Part shown: in pieces, positions 34,157-45,557 of the stretch
Layout of the letters: every line of letters starts with the position of its first letter
Numbering within the stretch: the first letter of the stretch is position 1
Assembly (NCBI GenBank): GCA_013239625.1
Contig: MU053376.1
Coordinates: forward strand, 86,833-150,832
DNA: 64,000 nt
Direction: 5' to 3'
DNA from: Lama guanicoe
Taxonomy: Eukaryota
The notes under the pieces: generated by a model
What the model saw: only the letters and a program-made list of their open reading frames with translations
Told to the model about the DNA's origin: nothing
Database searches by the model: none
Translations under genes and position numbers: made by a program

Positions 34157-37100
34157 GTGCCCAGCACTCTCCTAGGGGCTCCTGGGTCAGTGTCCCCACC
34201 CCACCTCTGTAGCCCCTGTGCCTGTGCCACTGCCCGTGGCGGGCACCCTGGCCGGGCCGAGTGGCAGGTGGAAGTGTCCATCTCTGGGGCGCGACGTAGG
34301 GGGGGCGGGTCAGGCTACGTGTCTGAGCAGGACGTGGACTCCATCACTCACCTGACGGGAACTGCTCACCTGTGTGTGACCAGTCCTTACCCTTGGGGAC
34401 TAGTTGAGAGATAGACACGATACACGTGCCCAAAGTCTGGGTTAAAGGTAATCTACTGCTTGTTCCCACTGGTCTGAGAATATCAGTCTTATTGCCCAAA
34501 CCAGAGTTAAATTGCTGTTCAAGACCCTGTGGTTCCTCATCCCTGAAATGACAGAACTGAACTTCCAGAGCAGGGAGGATTCTTGCAGCTGTTAAAAATG
34601 CCACGATTCCATGCAAGAGATGTAAAAAAGGAATATATAGTCAAAAGCCAAATGAGTGAAAATGAGGAGAGTTTTAAGGGCTCTAAGGAGAGATCCAACC
34701 AGGAGGGCTTGGGGTTAGGGGTGGTGATCAAGGAGGACTTCCTGGAGGAATAGGGCTTTAAGCTGGGCCTTAAAGAATGGAGAGGACTCAGATGAGAAGA
34801 GAAAAGGGGACGGTGTCTTAAAGAGGGGTAGGGTGGGGTCTTTGGGGGTAACCAGCTGGGCTGGAGTGGTAGGTGTATGCAAGGGAGTAATAATTAATAG
34901 CAACTTTTGGCCTCTGACTCTGCAGTGGTGAACCTCATTCACATGCATTAACTCCCTTGATCTCCCAGCAACAATCCTATGATGGGGAGGTATTACTATT
35001 CTGTTTTCAGAAGAGGGAGGTCAGGTTCAGGGAAGTTCAGGGACTCATATGGCATCAAGCACCTTGTGTCACTGAGCCCAGGTCTCTTGTCTTTAAACCT
35101 TCTGTTCTTTTCACCGTACCTATCAAGCCATGTCAGAACAAAGGTAGGGAAGGTGGGGAGGGAGGGCCCTCCTCGGGTTGGGGGTAATTCAGGGGTCCCT
35201 CAGGGTGCACACTTCCGGGGTGCTCAGCATCCCGCCCCCCCACTGCAGTCTGTCCCTCCTTCTCTTGGGGGGTGACAGTGACATTCAGCATGTCTTGCAG
35301 GACAGCAGCTCCCTGGAGAGCAATGGATCCCCAGAACCCAGGAGACCAGGAGGCTCCGAGGCTGCTTCTGGAAGCCAGGAGAAGCTGGACTTCAACCGAA
35401 ATTTAAAAGAAGGTAAGATGCCTGCCCTAGTTAGAGACAGGGGCCTGGGGAGGGAGGTGCCAGGCTGGCTGCTCCTTATGCTGTTGGTACCTTCCAGTTG
35501 TGCCGGCCATCGAGAAGCTGCTGTCCAGTGACTGGAAGGAGAGGTTTCTGGGAAGGAGCTCTGTGGAAACCAAAGATGTCAAAGGTGAAGGCCCGTGCGG
35601 GTGGGCAGGGGAGAGGTGTCTGGACCCCATTCCCTTCTCCAGGCCTGGCCATGCGGTCTAGGCCTGTAGGGCAACTCCTGGGGCTCCTTGGTGCCTCACA
35701 CCTGGTCCGTGTCACTCCAGCCCTCGCGGTCAGCACCACCCCTTCCCCAGGGGCCCCGCCCTGGGCTCCTTCCCTTGAAGCAGAGGCCTGGAGGGAATCA
35801 GATCCCCTGGGTAGGGGTTTGGGCTCCTGCCAAGATCCTTATGACCTCAAGCATGTCATTGCCACTTCCTGGATCTAACTATAAAATGAGCCGAACGTTC
35901 CGTTCACTGCCGAGAATTAATTCTAGGCCACCAAGGACCTAACTGAGCGAATTAAAAGGCTGTGGCTCGGATTCATTGGAGTGATAGGTTTCCCAGTGTG
36001 GTTGATGACACCACACAAAGGGAGCTTTAAAACAAAGCAGGTGCCCAGGCCCCACCCCCACCTACCGAATGAGAACCCCAGAGGATGGGGGCCTGGGCAT
36101 CTGTATTTTTCAGAGGCCCCTCAGGTAATTCTGATGCAAGTGCTCTGCAGCCTGGCACTTAGGAGACTAAGACTGGAGACAGGGAAGCATTGATGTTTGC
36201 TAGCTGAGGACCACGTGGCAGATCCAGGACAAAGCTTCTACTTCAATACCACTAACCCTCACAGCAACCCTGCGAAGTGACAATCATTGTGCTCGTTTGT
36301 AGATTCAAAACACTAAAGTGCAGAGAAGTTGGTCGCTTGCCCAACAGCTCCCAGGAGGGATGGGTTCAAAGTGGAATTTGAACCCAGACCTGTCTTGCTC
36401 CAAAGCTTGAGGGTGTCACGCTGGGCCCACCTTTGAGATGGTTGTCCACGCTGACTCTCGGGCACTGGCCACTTGAGGATGTCCAAGAGGTGGGCCAGGG
36501 CTGAGACGCTCCACCATCAGCATTTCCAGGGCCTGGAAACAGTGACTGATGGGGAGAGCACGCAGTTGTCAGCTGACAAGAGGAGGAGCCCCCTCCAGGG
36601 CAAGGATCATGTCTTAGTCACCTCTGCCGTCCTGCCTGTAACAGGGGCCTCTGGGGCATAGCAGTTGCTCAATGTCATACGAATGGACGGCTGGACAGAT
36701 GAACAAACAAAAATTCTCAGTGGTGGTTGTTTCCCTGTGGAGCAGGGACCCAGGAGAGCCTGGCAGAGAAGGAGCTCCAGCTCCTGGTCATGATCCACCA
36801 GCTGTCCACCCTGCGGGACCAGCTCCTGACCGCCCACTCGGAGCAGAAGAACATGGCTGCGATGCTCTTTGAGAAGCAGCAGCAGCAGATGGAGCTGGCC
36901 CGGCAGCAGCAGGAGCAGGTAGGTCCCTGCTGGCCCTGGTGTCTGGGGTTCTTTCAGGGGCGGGGGTCCGTCAGGGCCTGGAGAGGGGCGTGGTGGGGGC
37001 AGGCCTAGCCGGCGCAGACAGGGCCGCTGGCGGGGGCTGTAGGATTCCCATCTCTGGATGTTGGGAGGGGCCGGGGGGCGGAGGGGCGCTGAGAGGCTCC

Positions 37101-40100
37101 AAGCGAAGGTGGCTGGCTGCTCCCTGCCCAGCCTCTGTCCCAGGCCTCTGACAGAAGGGTGAGCTCCCCGCAAAAGGAGAATGAATTCTGAGGTTGGCTG
37201 TTCTGCCTCTTGCCCTGTCCAGCTGTCCCCCCTGGTCTGCAGTAGCATGGAAGGCAGGGTGTGGATGGGGGCCACAAAGGCCCTGTGCGGGGTGGGGTCC
37301 TGGGGCCTAATGTCCCCGCTCCTGTCGCCTGCTCTTTCCTTCTGCCAGATCGCTAAGCAGCAGCAACAGCTGATCCAGCAGCAGCATAAGATCAACCTCC
37401 TTCAGCAGCAGATCCAGGTAGAAAGAGGCGAAGGCTGGGTGGTGGGAGGGCAGGAGGTTGAGGCGTTGACAGGTATTAGGGACAGGGAAGGAGAGGGGAT
37501 GTGGACTAAGCAGAAGCACTCAGGCCTGACCCTACGGAGGGGGCTTATTTCTGCCCTAGCCCCTTCCCCTTTATTCGTCCCCTTTTTCCAAGGGCAGGGC
37601 CTAGAACATCTTCCTCCCAGCTGGGACCTGAGGCAGGAAGACAGGAGCCCATGAAGGGGCGTGGGGTCAGCTGGATCCTTTGGAAGACTGTCCCTGCCCC
37701 AGGCCTGTGTCTCTCATCCCTGGGTCTGTCTCCTGTGTCCAGGGCTGACACAGCTGGTTGACCCCCAGGGACTCACACAGGGTTTCTTTGCCCTCAGCAG
37801 GTCAACATGCCTTATGTCATGATCCCAGCCTTCCCCCCAGGCCACCAGCCTCTGCCTGTCACCCCTGACTCCCAGCTGGCTCTGCCCATCCAGCCCATCC
37901 CCTGCAAACCAGGTGAGTGTGGGAGGGGGGAGGGCTGCCCTGAGGTCGGGGAAGGAGCCCAGAAACTGCTCTCATCCGCAGATGTGCAGTGTGGCCTTTC
38001 TGGGCCTCCGCTTGGAATCTGTCTAGTGGGAGAATAATCCCTTCTTTCTGAATTCCACTGGGAGAATGAAGAGAAATCACACTTAGAAAACCATTAAGTG
38101 CTTTCCAGATGTAAGCAGATGTCACCAGTCTAGGCCTAGTCCCTCAGTTCCCTAATATCTTCAATACCTTGAACATTAACTGAGATTTATACACCTCTTG
38201 CTCCTGCCCTGACCTTTTGCCCCGTCACTGAGACTCAGCGACCACAGACCGACCACGTGTCAGGCGCTGAGTGATTGCTGGGCAGCCCTAGGGGTGAAGA
38301 CATGTGGACTTTGAGCTCAAGTCTGGGGAGAGAACGAAGGATACCAGTAGCTGGGGCATCTGGGAAGGCTTCTTGAGGAGGTGCCGCTTGTTGGGTCCTG
38401 GGGGAGCAGGCTTGTGAGGGTGAAGCTGGGAGCTGAGGGTGGAGGGCCGGGGAAAGGTGGTCCAGGCAGGGGTCCCGTGGGCTGAGGGCAGCACAGGGCA
38501 GGGTGGTGGGATGTGGCGGGGGAGGGCAGTTGGGGCTGAGCACGGACTTTAGCATTTATTCTGTGGGACACGCACGGATGTTTCAGTAGAGGACGCGTTG
38601 CACACTGGCTGGAGGTGCTAGGAAGCAGAGGGGTACAGACCTGTGGAGGGGATCCAGCCTGAACTGGGGCAGTGACAGTGGGACCGAGGCAGAGACAGAA
38701 TCGTTAGGCTGTGATCCTGGACTCCTTGTGAGAGGCCCTGGGGGCAGGGCAGAGATGCCGCCTGGAATTGCCCCAGGAGGGGAACAGCTTTCAAGTCTCC
38801 CTGCTCCGTGGGAGAGAGAAGGCAGGGCAGTCCCATCCAGGTGAGCACCTGTGGGTCCACCAGCCAGCCCTTCGGGCCGTGGGCACAGTTCATCGATCAA
38901 CCCCACTGACTCCAGAGTGAGGGGAAGGAGAAACACAAAAACGAAGGAAGTCAGGCCCTACTTTGAAGGAAACTTCCTGTTTGGGGTGAAGGAGTGGGGT
39001 CTGGGAAGGGGGAGGGGTGCAGGGGAAGGACAGGTTACGCAAAACCATTGCAATGCTAGGTGCCTGGAGCCGAGCTGCTGGGCTGAGGAGGGCTGAGGTC
39101 TGGTTGGGGGAGGGGGCCACATGCTTTCCGGACAAGGGAGGCAGGAAGCAAGTTGTGGGAAACCTGGACTGGCTAGGCTCCACCTGCTTCGTTTGCTATA
39201 GAATCCTAGTAAGCAGAGGCTGCAGGCTGCCGGACGCCCCACCCCCGCCCCAGGCTGAGTATGAACAACACCCCTCTCTTGCCCACAAGCCTCAGGTGAT
39301 GCCCAGTTGCCTACAGCCTAGGGTCCAAACTCCTGAGCGCAGCCCTCACAGGCCCACCGCATGCCAGTCTCACTCCCCACCTCTCGCTCCCACACCCGCC
39401 GGCTCCATTTCCACCTGCCCACCTGCCACGCTCATTTGCACCCCACCTCCTCCAGGAAGCCTGCTCCAGTCACCCCAGCTGAACAGAGTCCTCTGGCATG
39501 CCACCCTGCAGCGCCTATCACCTCCGGCCATGTGGTCAGTGGTTTGTCCACATGGCTTATCTCCCCCCCTCAACTGTCAAGTCCGTGATGCTGGGCCAGC
39601 TTGAGGGACAGTGAGGTAGGCTAGGTAGAGCAGAGAGAGTGCTGTGTAGTGGGGAAAAGTCTAGGGAACCCAGAGCTCTCCGATCTTGGTGCTCCCATTG
39701 ATTAGCATCGTGGGCACCCATGTAACTTGGTCTCAGTTTCGTGACCTGTAAAATGGGAAGATGTGCTGAGTACCTGTTATGCCACACACTGTCGTGAGTG
39801 CACACGAGACAGGCTACACCACGGGTTGCTGCTTTTGTGCCCTGCACATAGTGGGTATGAAACGCAAGTGTCCGCAGAATGAGTATGTGTGTACCTGTTC
39901 TCACGTCACCAGTGGGCTGAAATTCCGTGGTCCGTGGGTCAGGAAGGGCAGGAGCTGGGTGAGGAGGCCGATCAGTGTGCGGGGCGGTGGGGGCCGAGGG
40001 CATGGGAGGTCCCCAGCAGCGCTCTGGGGCTGGGAGGGCAGTGGTTGGAAGCAAGCTGCGCCAGCCCTGAGCCTCTGCCCGCTTGGCGCTGCTGGGACCT

Positions 40101-43100
40101 CGTCAAGCAGGGTGTCTGCTGTTCTGTGCTCATCCAGGACTTTTCTCCCTGCCGCCTTTTCCACAGTGGAGTACCCGCTGCAGCTGCTGCACACGCCCCC
40201 CGCCCCCGTGGTGAAGAGGCCTGGGGCCATGCCTGCCCACCACCCCCTACAGGTACAGCCCCACCCACTGGCCTGCGGTGGCCGGCCGCCCCGCCGAGGG
40301 GAGCCTGGGGGGCCCTTTGCTCTTGTTCACATGCTCCTTCTGTCTTCTTTACCTGTGTCTCCTGGGCCGTTCTGGGTCTTTTGTCTCCTCTGTCCCTCTG
40401 TCACCATGTGTCCCCGCTGTCCCTCTGTGGGGGGTCTCCTTTGGTGTCTCTCACCCTCTGGCTTCTGGGTCTCCCTCAGGAGCCCTCCCAACCCCTGAAC
40501 CTCACGGCGAAGCCCAAGGCCCCCGAGCTGCCCAGCGCTTCCAGCTCCCCCAGCCTGAAGATGGGCAGCTGTGGCCCCCGCCCCCCAAGCCATGGGGCCC
40601 CCACGCGGGACCTGCAGGCCAGCCCCCCCAGCCTGCCTTTGGGTAAGCCTCCTGCACCTTTTCCTTCAGCCTTCTTCTTGGGGAGAGCCAGGCGGGCAGG
40701 AGATGGCCCTGGCATGTCCCTTCCCCCTGTGGGTTAGTTTTTATAAAACAAGGGGTTAGACCTCCTCTCTCCAACCCCCTTCAATTTCAGCATTCAGTGT
40801 CTCAGAAGATCCCCTCCCTCCTTCCCCCCACCGTATCTGACTGGGCACCCCGCCATCAGGGATTCAGGCCACTGAGTTGCACAATTTCAGGGGTGGTTTC
40901 TCACTTCTAGCAGGCATGACTGGGGAATGTAAATGGCGCCCTCTAGGGGACGTGCAGTGCAACAGAAGGGAAGGAGGAGCTCCAGCCCAGGGGTGGCACG
41001 GCGTGAACTGGGTCAATCCCCTCAATAACCCCTCTTTTCCCTTTTTTCGCTCTCCCTCTTCCCATAGGCTTCCTTGGTGAAGGGGACGCTGTCACCAAAG
41101 CCATCCAGGATGCCAGACAGCTGCTGCACGGCCACAGTGGGGCCTTAGACAGTTCCCCGAACACCCCCTTCCGTAAGGTAGGGGCTCCCACTCCCCTGTG
41201 CTGGGGCGGCTAGCGGGAAGAGCGGGGAGGGGAGCAGGGTGGCGCAGAGGGGCTGATGCACAAGCTGCCCCTGTCTACCCAGGACCTCATTAGCCTGGAC
41301 ACATCCCCAGCCAAGGAGCGGCTGGAGGAGAGCTGTGTGCACCCCCTGGAAGAAGCCATGCTGGGCTGTGACGTGGACGGTGAGGGCCCCGGGTACTGGG
41401 CTGATGGGCAGGAGGGCCCACCTCTGCTTCCCACCAGGGCCAGGGTGGGTCAGGTCATGTTTCCAGTCCCTGGCCTCCCTTAGTCTGTCTGTGGAGTCCC
41501 CTTATGTGCCTGTCCCTTGTCTTGTCTCTGGGTCCCTGGCTGGGCGTCTGCTGGTTATCTTACTGCTGGCCATCTGTGGCCCCTGTGGGAGCCTGCCCGC
41601 GCCCCCTGGTGGTCAAGCTGGACGTGAATTTTTCTGCCGGCCTTGGAGGGCTCTCCTCACCCCACATCGCCTGCCCTGCCTGGCTGACTTCTCCCCTGCT
41701 CCCCAGGCTCCCGCCACTTCCCTGAGTCTCGGAACAGCAGCCACATCAAGAGGCCCATGAATGCCTTCATGGTGTGGGCCAAGGACGAGCGGAGGAAGAT
41801 CCTCCAAGCCTTCCCAGACATGCACAACTCAAGCATCAGCAAGATCCTCGGTAAGGGCGAGCGGGTAGGGGCTCTGGGGGCTCTAGGTGCTCCAGGCGTC
41901 AGAGTCCAGCAGAACCTGGTGGCGGGAGCCAGCTGGGTCTACCTGGAGCTTGCTGGAGATAGTCCACGCCATATTGAACTCCAGTGGAATCATGGGGTGT
42001 GAGAGTCAGGCAGGATGTGGGGCGGCTGGGTCCTGGGGTCTTGTACACTGTATGGCTCTCCTGCTGGACTGGCACCCGAGAACTAGAGGAGGGGGAGGGG
42101 GAAGGGAGTGTGTGTGTGTGTGTGTGTACACATTCTTTGGCCCCACTGATCTCCCCTAATTGTTCCCCTGCTTGCCCTGACCCTTGGAGCCGGCTCTGGC
42201 AGGAAACAGGACAGATGGATATTCTCGGGCTGTCAGTAAAGAAAGGTTTTTAAAATTACACGTCCTCTTTGGGGAGAAATGTAGGCCAGGCCAAGTGGGG
42301 CGAGAAGAGGGCAGTTGTTTTCAAGCCTCAGCTCCTCCAGTGTCCACACAAGCCTCTTGCGTACTGAGGCATCAAGCATTTCGTCCTGAGCAGGGAGCTC
42401 TTGGCGTTGCTGCGGCCTGGTGGCTGCTCTTTGGTTTGTGCAAATCATGCAGACCAGAGGCCACCAGTTGCCAGATGGTCTGGTATGTGGGTGGGTGCTA
42501 TGTCTTAAGCTGGCAGTTGGATACGCTTATACGTGCCAGCTTCATTCATTTGCTCAGCACCACGGAGCACCCACAAGGGGCCAGGCCCTTGCTATGTGTA
42601 TGTGCGTGCACATATGTCTGGGGATCAAAACCTTCTCGGGGCCTCCAGGGCCTGCAGGGGACTGGGGGTGGTTGTCGGCAGAGCCCAGTGCTGACTGCCC
42701 GCCCCCGGGCACTGGGCCAGGCTCCCGCTGGAAGTCCATGACCAACCAGGAGAAGCAGCCCTACTACGAGGAGCAGGCGAGACTGAGCCGGCAGCACCTG
42801 GAGAAGTACCCCGACTACAAGTACAAGCCGCGGCCCAAGCGCACCTGCATCGTGGAGGGCAAGCGCCTGCGGGTGGGCGAGTACAAGGCTCTGATGAGGA
42901 CCCGGCGCCAGGATGCCCGCCAGAGCTACGCGACCCCGTGAGCAGGCCTCCCCAGCGGCTGCAACTGTGTGTGTATGAGGGTGTGTGTGCGCATGTGTGT
43001 GTGTAGCTTTTGTGAACGGTGGGGGTTACTGTGTGGCTTGGCTGTGGGTACGTGTGCATGGGTGTGTTGGCATCATCTGTGTGTGGCTGGGCCCGTGTGT

Positions 43101-43829
43101 GTGACTGTGTCTATGGTAAGCACCTAGTGGCTCAGGATATAGCTTCGTGACTGAGTGACCATGAGGGACAAGCGTGTATCTGGAGAAGTGTGCTTGTGGG
43201 TCCCCTTTCTGACACACACAATACAAATTCAGAGGTACTAAAAATCGAGGTACGTGTCTTACAGAGGATTCCTGACCAAGGATCTTAGTGGATTCCTTTG
43301 AATAGGAAATTCCCTGGGGCATTTGAAATATACAATTTCCAGATATTGGATTCACACGCGATCCTCCAGGACTATCTGGCCCTGGGGCTGCAAGCGTGTG
43401 TCAGTCTGTAGCTGACTGTGAATTTACCATCAGGGCGCAGAGCGTGTGTGTCTTGAGCCCAAAGGATGTGAGGTGGGAGGGCACGCCCTGAAGGGGCACG
43501 GAGGGGAGCAGGGTCAGGCCCCCTGTAACCGTGCATCTTTTCTGCCCCGCAGCCCGCAGTCCGGCCAGATGCAGATGAGCGCCTCGGAGGTCCTGTACCC
43601 TCGGGTGGCAGGCGTGCCCCTGACACAGCCCCTGGTGGACCACTTTGTGCCCCGCAGCCTGGACCCGAATATGCCTGTCATTGTCAACACCTGCAGCCTC
43701 CGGGAGGAGGGCGAGGGCCCGGACGACAGGCACTCGGTGGCCGATGGCGAGATGTACCGGTACAGCGAGGACGAGGACTCGGAGGCCGAGGAGAAGAGTG
43801 ATGGGGAGCTGGTGGTTCTCACAGACTGA
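33959..43829 (+). CDS. SOX13: SOX13, SoxD-group HMG-box transcription factor; full spliced CDS (13 coding exons, 1848 nt, 615 aa)
   Basis: Exons joined by hand at GT-AG sites with consistent phases: 198+112+87+173+69+115+86+163+110+97+144+217+277=1848 nt. Protein MSMRSP...GELVVLTD has the SoxD leucine zipper/Q-box ([21 protein letters not shown]...QQQ), PLNLT motif and SOX HMG box ([41 protein letters not shown]...[11 protein letters not shown]). Adjacent to ETNK2 as in human. Confidence 0.97.
35301..35412 (+). CDS. SOX13: SOX13 exon 3, DSSSLES...NRNLKE
   Basis: tcttgcag|GAC ... GAAG|gtaaga. Confidence 0.95.
35498..35584 (+). CDS. SOX13: SOX13 exon 4, [29 protein letters not shown]
   Basis: cttccag|TT ... 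AAAG|gtgaag; follows an 85-nt intron. Confidence 0.95.
35980..36180. mobile_element. MER5-like hAT DNA transposon
   Basis: aggtgcccaggccccacccc...gggcctgggcatctgtatttt...caggtaattctgatgc. Confidence 0.6.
36746..36918 (+). CDS. SOX13: SOX13 exon 5, leucine zipper/coiled coil [12 protein letters not shown]...RQQQEQ
   Basis: gagcag|GG ... CAG|gtaggt. Confidence 0.96.
37349..37417 (+). CDS. SOX13: SOX13 exon 6, Q-box [23 protein letters not shown]
   Basis: ttctgccag|ATC ... CAG|gtagaa. Confidence 0.96.
37798..37912 (+). CDS. SOX13: SOX13 exon 7, [14 protein letters not shown]...IPCKP
   Basis: ccctcag|CAG GTC (NAGNAG; alternative start 37801) ... CCAG|gtgagt. Confidence 0.93.
38230..38760 (-). 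mobile_element. L2 LINE fragment in SOX13 intron 7
   Basis: ggcatctgggaaggcttcttgaggaggtg...ggactttagcatttattctgtggg pattern. Confidence 0.55.
40167..40252 (+). CDS. SOX13: SOX13 exon 8, [12 protein letters not shown]...HHPLQ
   Basis: ttttccacag|TG ... CAG|gtacag. Confidence 0.95.
40480..40642 (+). CDS. SOX13: SOX13 exon 9, [12 protein letters not shown]...PPSLPL
   Basis: ctccctcag|GAG ... TTGG|gtaagc; contains PLNLT, a PxDLS-like motif. Confidence 0.95.
41068..41177 (+). CDS. SOX13: SOX13 exon 10, [18 protein letters not shown]...NTPFRK
   Basis: cttcccatag|GC ... AAG|gtaggg. Confidence 0.95.
41283..41379 (+). CDS. SOX13: SOX13 exon 11, [16 protein letters not shown]...GCDVD
   Basis: ctacccag|GAC ... 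GACG|gtgagg. Confidence 0.95.
41599..41615 (-). promoter_or_regulatory. CTCF motif in SOX13 intron 11
   Basis: Minus strand TGACCACCAGGGGGCGC. Confidence 0.65.
41707..41850 (+). CDS. SOX13: SOX13 exon 12, N-terminal half of HMG box
   Basis: ctccccag|GC ... CTCG|gtaagg; [12 protein letters not shown] signature. Confidence 0.97.
42108..42128. repeat. (GT)n microsatellite in SOX13 intron 12
   Basis: Direct reading. Confidence 0.9.
42721..42937 (+). CDS. SOX13: SOX13 exon 13, C-terminal half of HMG box
   Basis: gggccag|GC TCC CGC TGG ... ACC CC|gtgagc; encodes [40 protein letters not shown]. Confidence 0.96.
43553..43829 (+). CDS. SOX13: SOX13 exon 14 coding part, acidic C-terminus to TGA
   Basis: ccccgcag|C CCG CAG ... 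ACA GAC TGA. Confidence 0.94.
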
Positions 43830-45480
43830 GCCCAGTTGGGCGGGCCTGGCCTCCTCCCTGGGGAAGATCTGGCCCCATGCCAGTGGGCACAGCCACCACA
43901 CTTGGCCTATGTTGGTACTTGGACTTGGGCATGCCCGGGAGATGGGCACAGCGTGCATCTGTAGATACATTCATGAGGGGAGATGCCCCCTCCCCACCAC
44001 ACCTGCGGGCACACCTGAGGAGCTGATGGCCTCGGGGGCAGGTCCTGCATGGTGGTGGTGGGCTGGGCTGGCTGAGCTCCGTGACCCTTGGGGCTCATGG
44101 CCAGGGGACACTGGATGATCTTCCCTTCCTGCAGGTCTGCCCACCCTGGGGGTATGGCAGCTACAGACCTGTCCCCCTAGGGCTACATGCTTTGCTTCCA
44201 TTCTTTCCTGGCTGGACCAGCCATCATGGGACCAACATGTCTCCCCCTCCACCACAGCACCCCAGATCGCTCCTCTAGCACCAGGATCACTTTGTACTTT
44301 GTGCAGAAAGGTCTGGCTGTCCTCACTGTCTATCCTCTGCCAAGCCTGTCATGCCTCTGGCTGCTGTGTGTGCGCGTGTGTGCATGCGTGTGTAACGCAT
44401 GTGCGCACGTGCTCATGTTTTCATCCGTTCTTTCGTTGCACAAGACATTTATTGAGTGCCCACTATGTGCCAGGCACCGGGGCTGAGTTCCTGTGGGTGT
44501 CTCTTCATGCCATTCTCGCTTCTCCAGGGGGCTCTTTCTCTGCTTCTTTGTCCCCTAATTGCTACCTCTTTGTCAGTCTGGGTGTCTCAGGTTCTGTGTG
44601 TCCTTGGTGCATTTCTCTCTGTCTTTGTTTCTCTGCAGGGCCTTTTTGTGTCTCTCCCTTCCTCGGTGTCTGCCCTTGCCCCTTTGATGCCCGCAGGATC
44701 TCTGAAGGCCCCTGGTCTGCCCTGGGCCCCCTAGCCATCCTGACCTCCCCTGCTGCCCCTTCACTCCCTCCCAGACTCGGCCTGTCAGTTCCCAGGGAGC
44801 CATTTTTAGCTCCGAGCAGCCTAGGAATGTCCTCGGCCTCTAAGGGGCTCTGTCCTGGTGCCCTGGCCCCTGGTCCCAACCTGAGTGCCAGGAATGGGGT
44901 GGGGGGGCAGGAGGACGGATGGTGCCCCCTTCCTGTCAGTGACAGAAGCCCTGGAGAGCAGGGCTCTCGTGGCAGCTGGTCTCCACGTCTCCCTCTTGAG
45001 GCTGGGGCCTCCCCATTCCTGGAAGAAATTGGTGAGAAGACTCAGGCTTCATCCCCTTCCACCCCGCTCTGCCTGCTCCCCTCCCCTCCGCCACTCCACA
45101 CCGGGGAACCTGCCTCCGCTCCTGATCCCTTCCACGTCTTTCCCTGAGGAAATCAAATTCCGTTGGCACCTGACTCCAAAGATCCAGAACAGCCCTGGGG
45201 TCAGGGTGGGCAGGAACCCCGAATCCCCCAGGAACAGATGTGGAGCCTGTGTCCACTCCCCACCTTCTCCCCTTCCCTTCTAGTTCCCAAGCCCAACTTC
45301 TCTCCAGGCTGGTTTTTTTTTTTTATTTTTATGACTGTAAACATAGATAGTGCTTTATTTTGTTAATAATAAGATAATGATGAGTAACTTAACCAGCACA
45401 TTTCTCCTGTTTACACTTGGGGATTTTTTTTTGTTTTGTTCTCTGTTGGCGTAATAAAGACAGACCATTTCAGAATCTGG
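43830..45480 (+). other. SOX13: SOX13 3' UTR
   Basis: From stop codon to just past AATAAA (45453); AU-rich block at 45310-45450. Confidence 0.75.
45453..45458 (+). terminator. SOX13 polyadenylation signal AATAAA
   Basis: First AATAAA I found after the stop codon, preceded by U-rich sequence. Confidence 0.8.
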
Positions 45481-45557
45481 CCCTTGCTGGGGGAGGTGGG
45501 GAGCAGGGAGGCTGGCCCAAGTCCAGAATTCCTAAATGTGCCGCCAGCCCAGGCACC

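Noticed and set aside
36607..37395. 262-aa minus-strand Leu/Cys-rich ORF
   Set aside because: Antisense shadow of the CAG-rich SOX13 exons 5-6.
39779..40737. 239-aa and 282-aa plus-strand ORFs
   Set aside because: Intron read-through frames that contain SOX13 exons 8 and 9; not separate genes.
41178..41282. 105-nt SOX13 intron 10 as an in-frame retained intron
   Set aside because: Length is a multiple of 3 but it contains an in-frame TAG at its twelfth codon.
44299..45147. 282-aa ORF in the SOX13 3' UTR
   Set aside because: Non-ATG start, runs through a GT/GC repeat, an L2 fragment and CT-rich low-complexity DNA; no domain.
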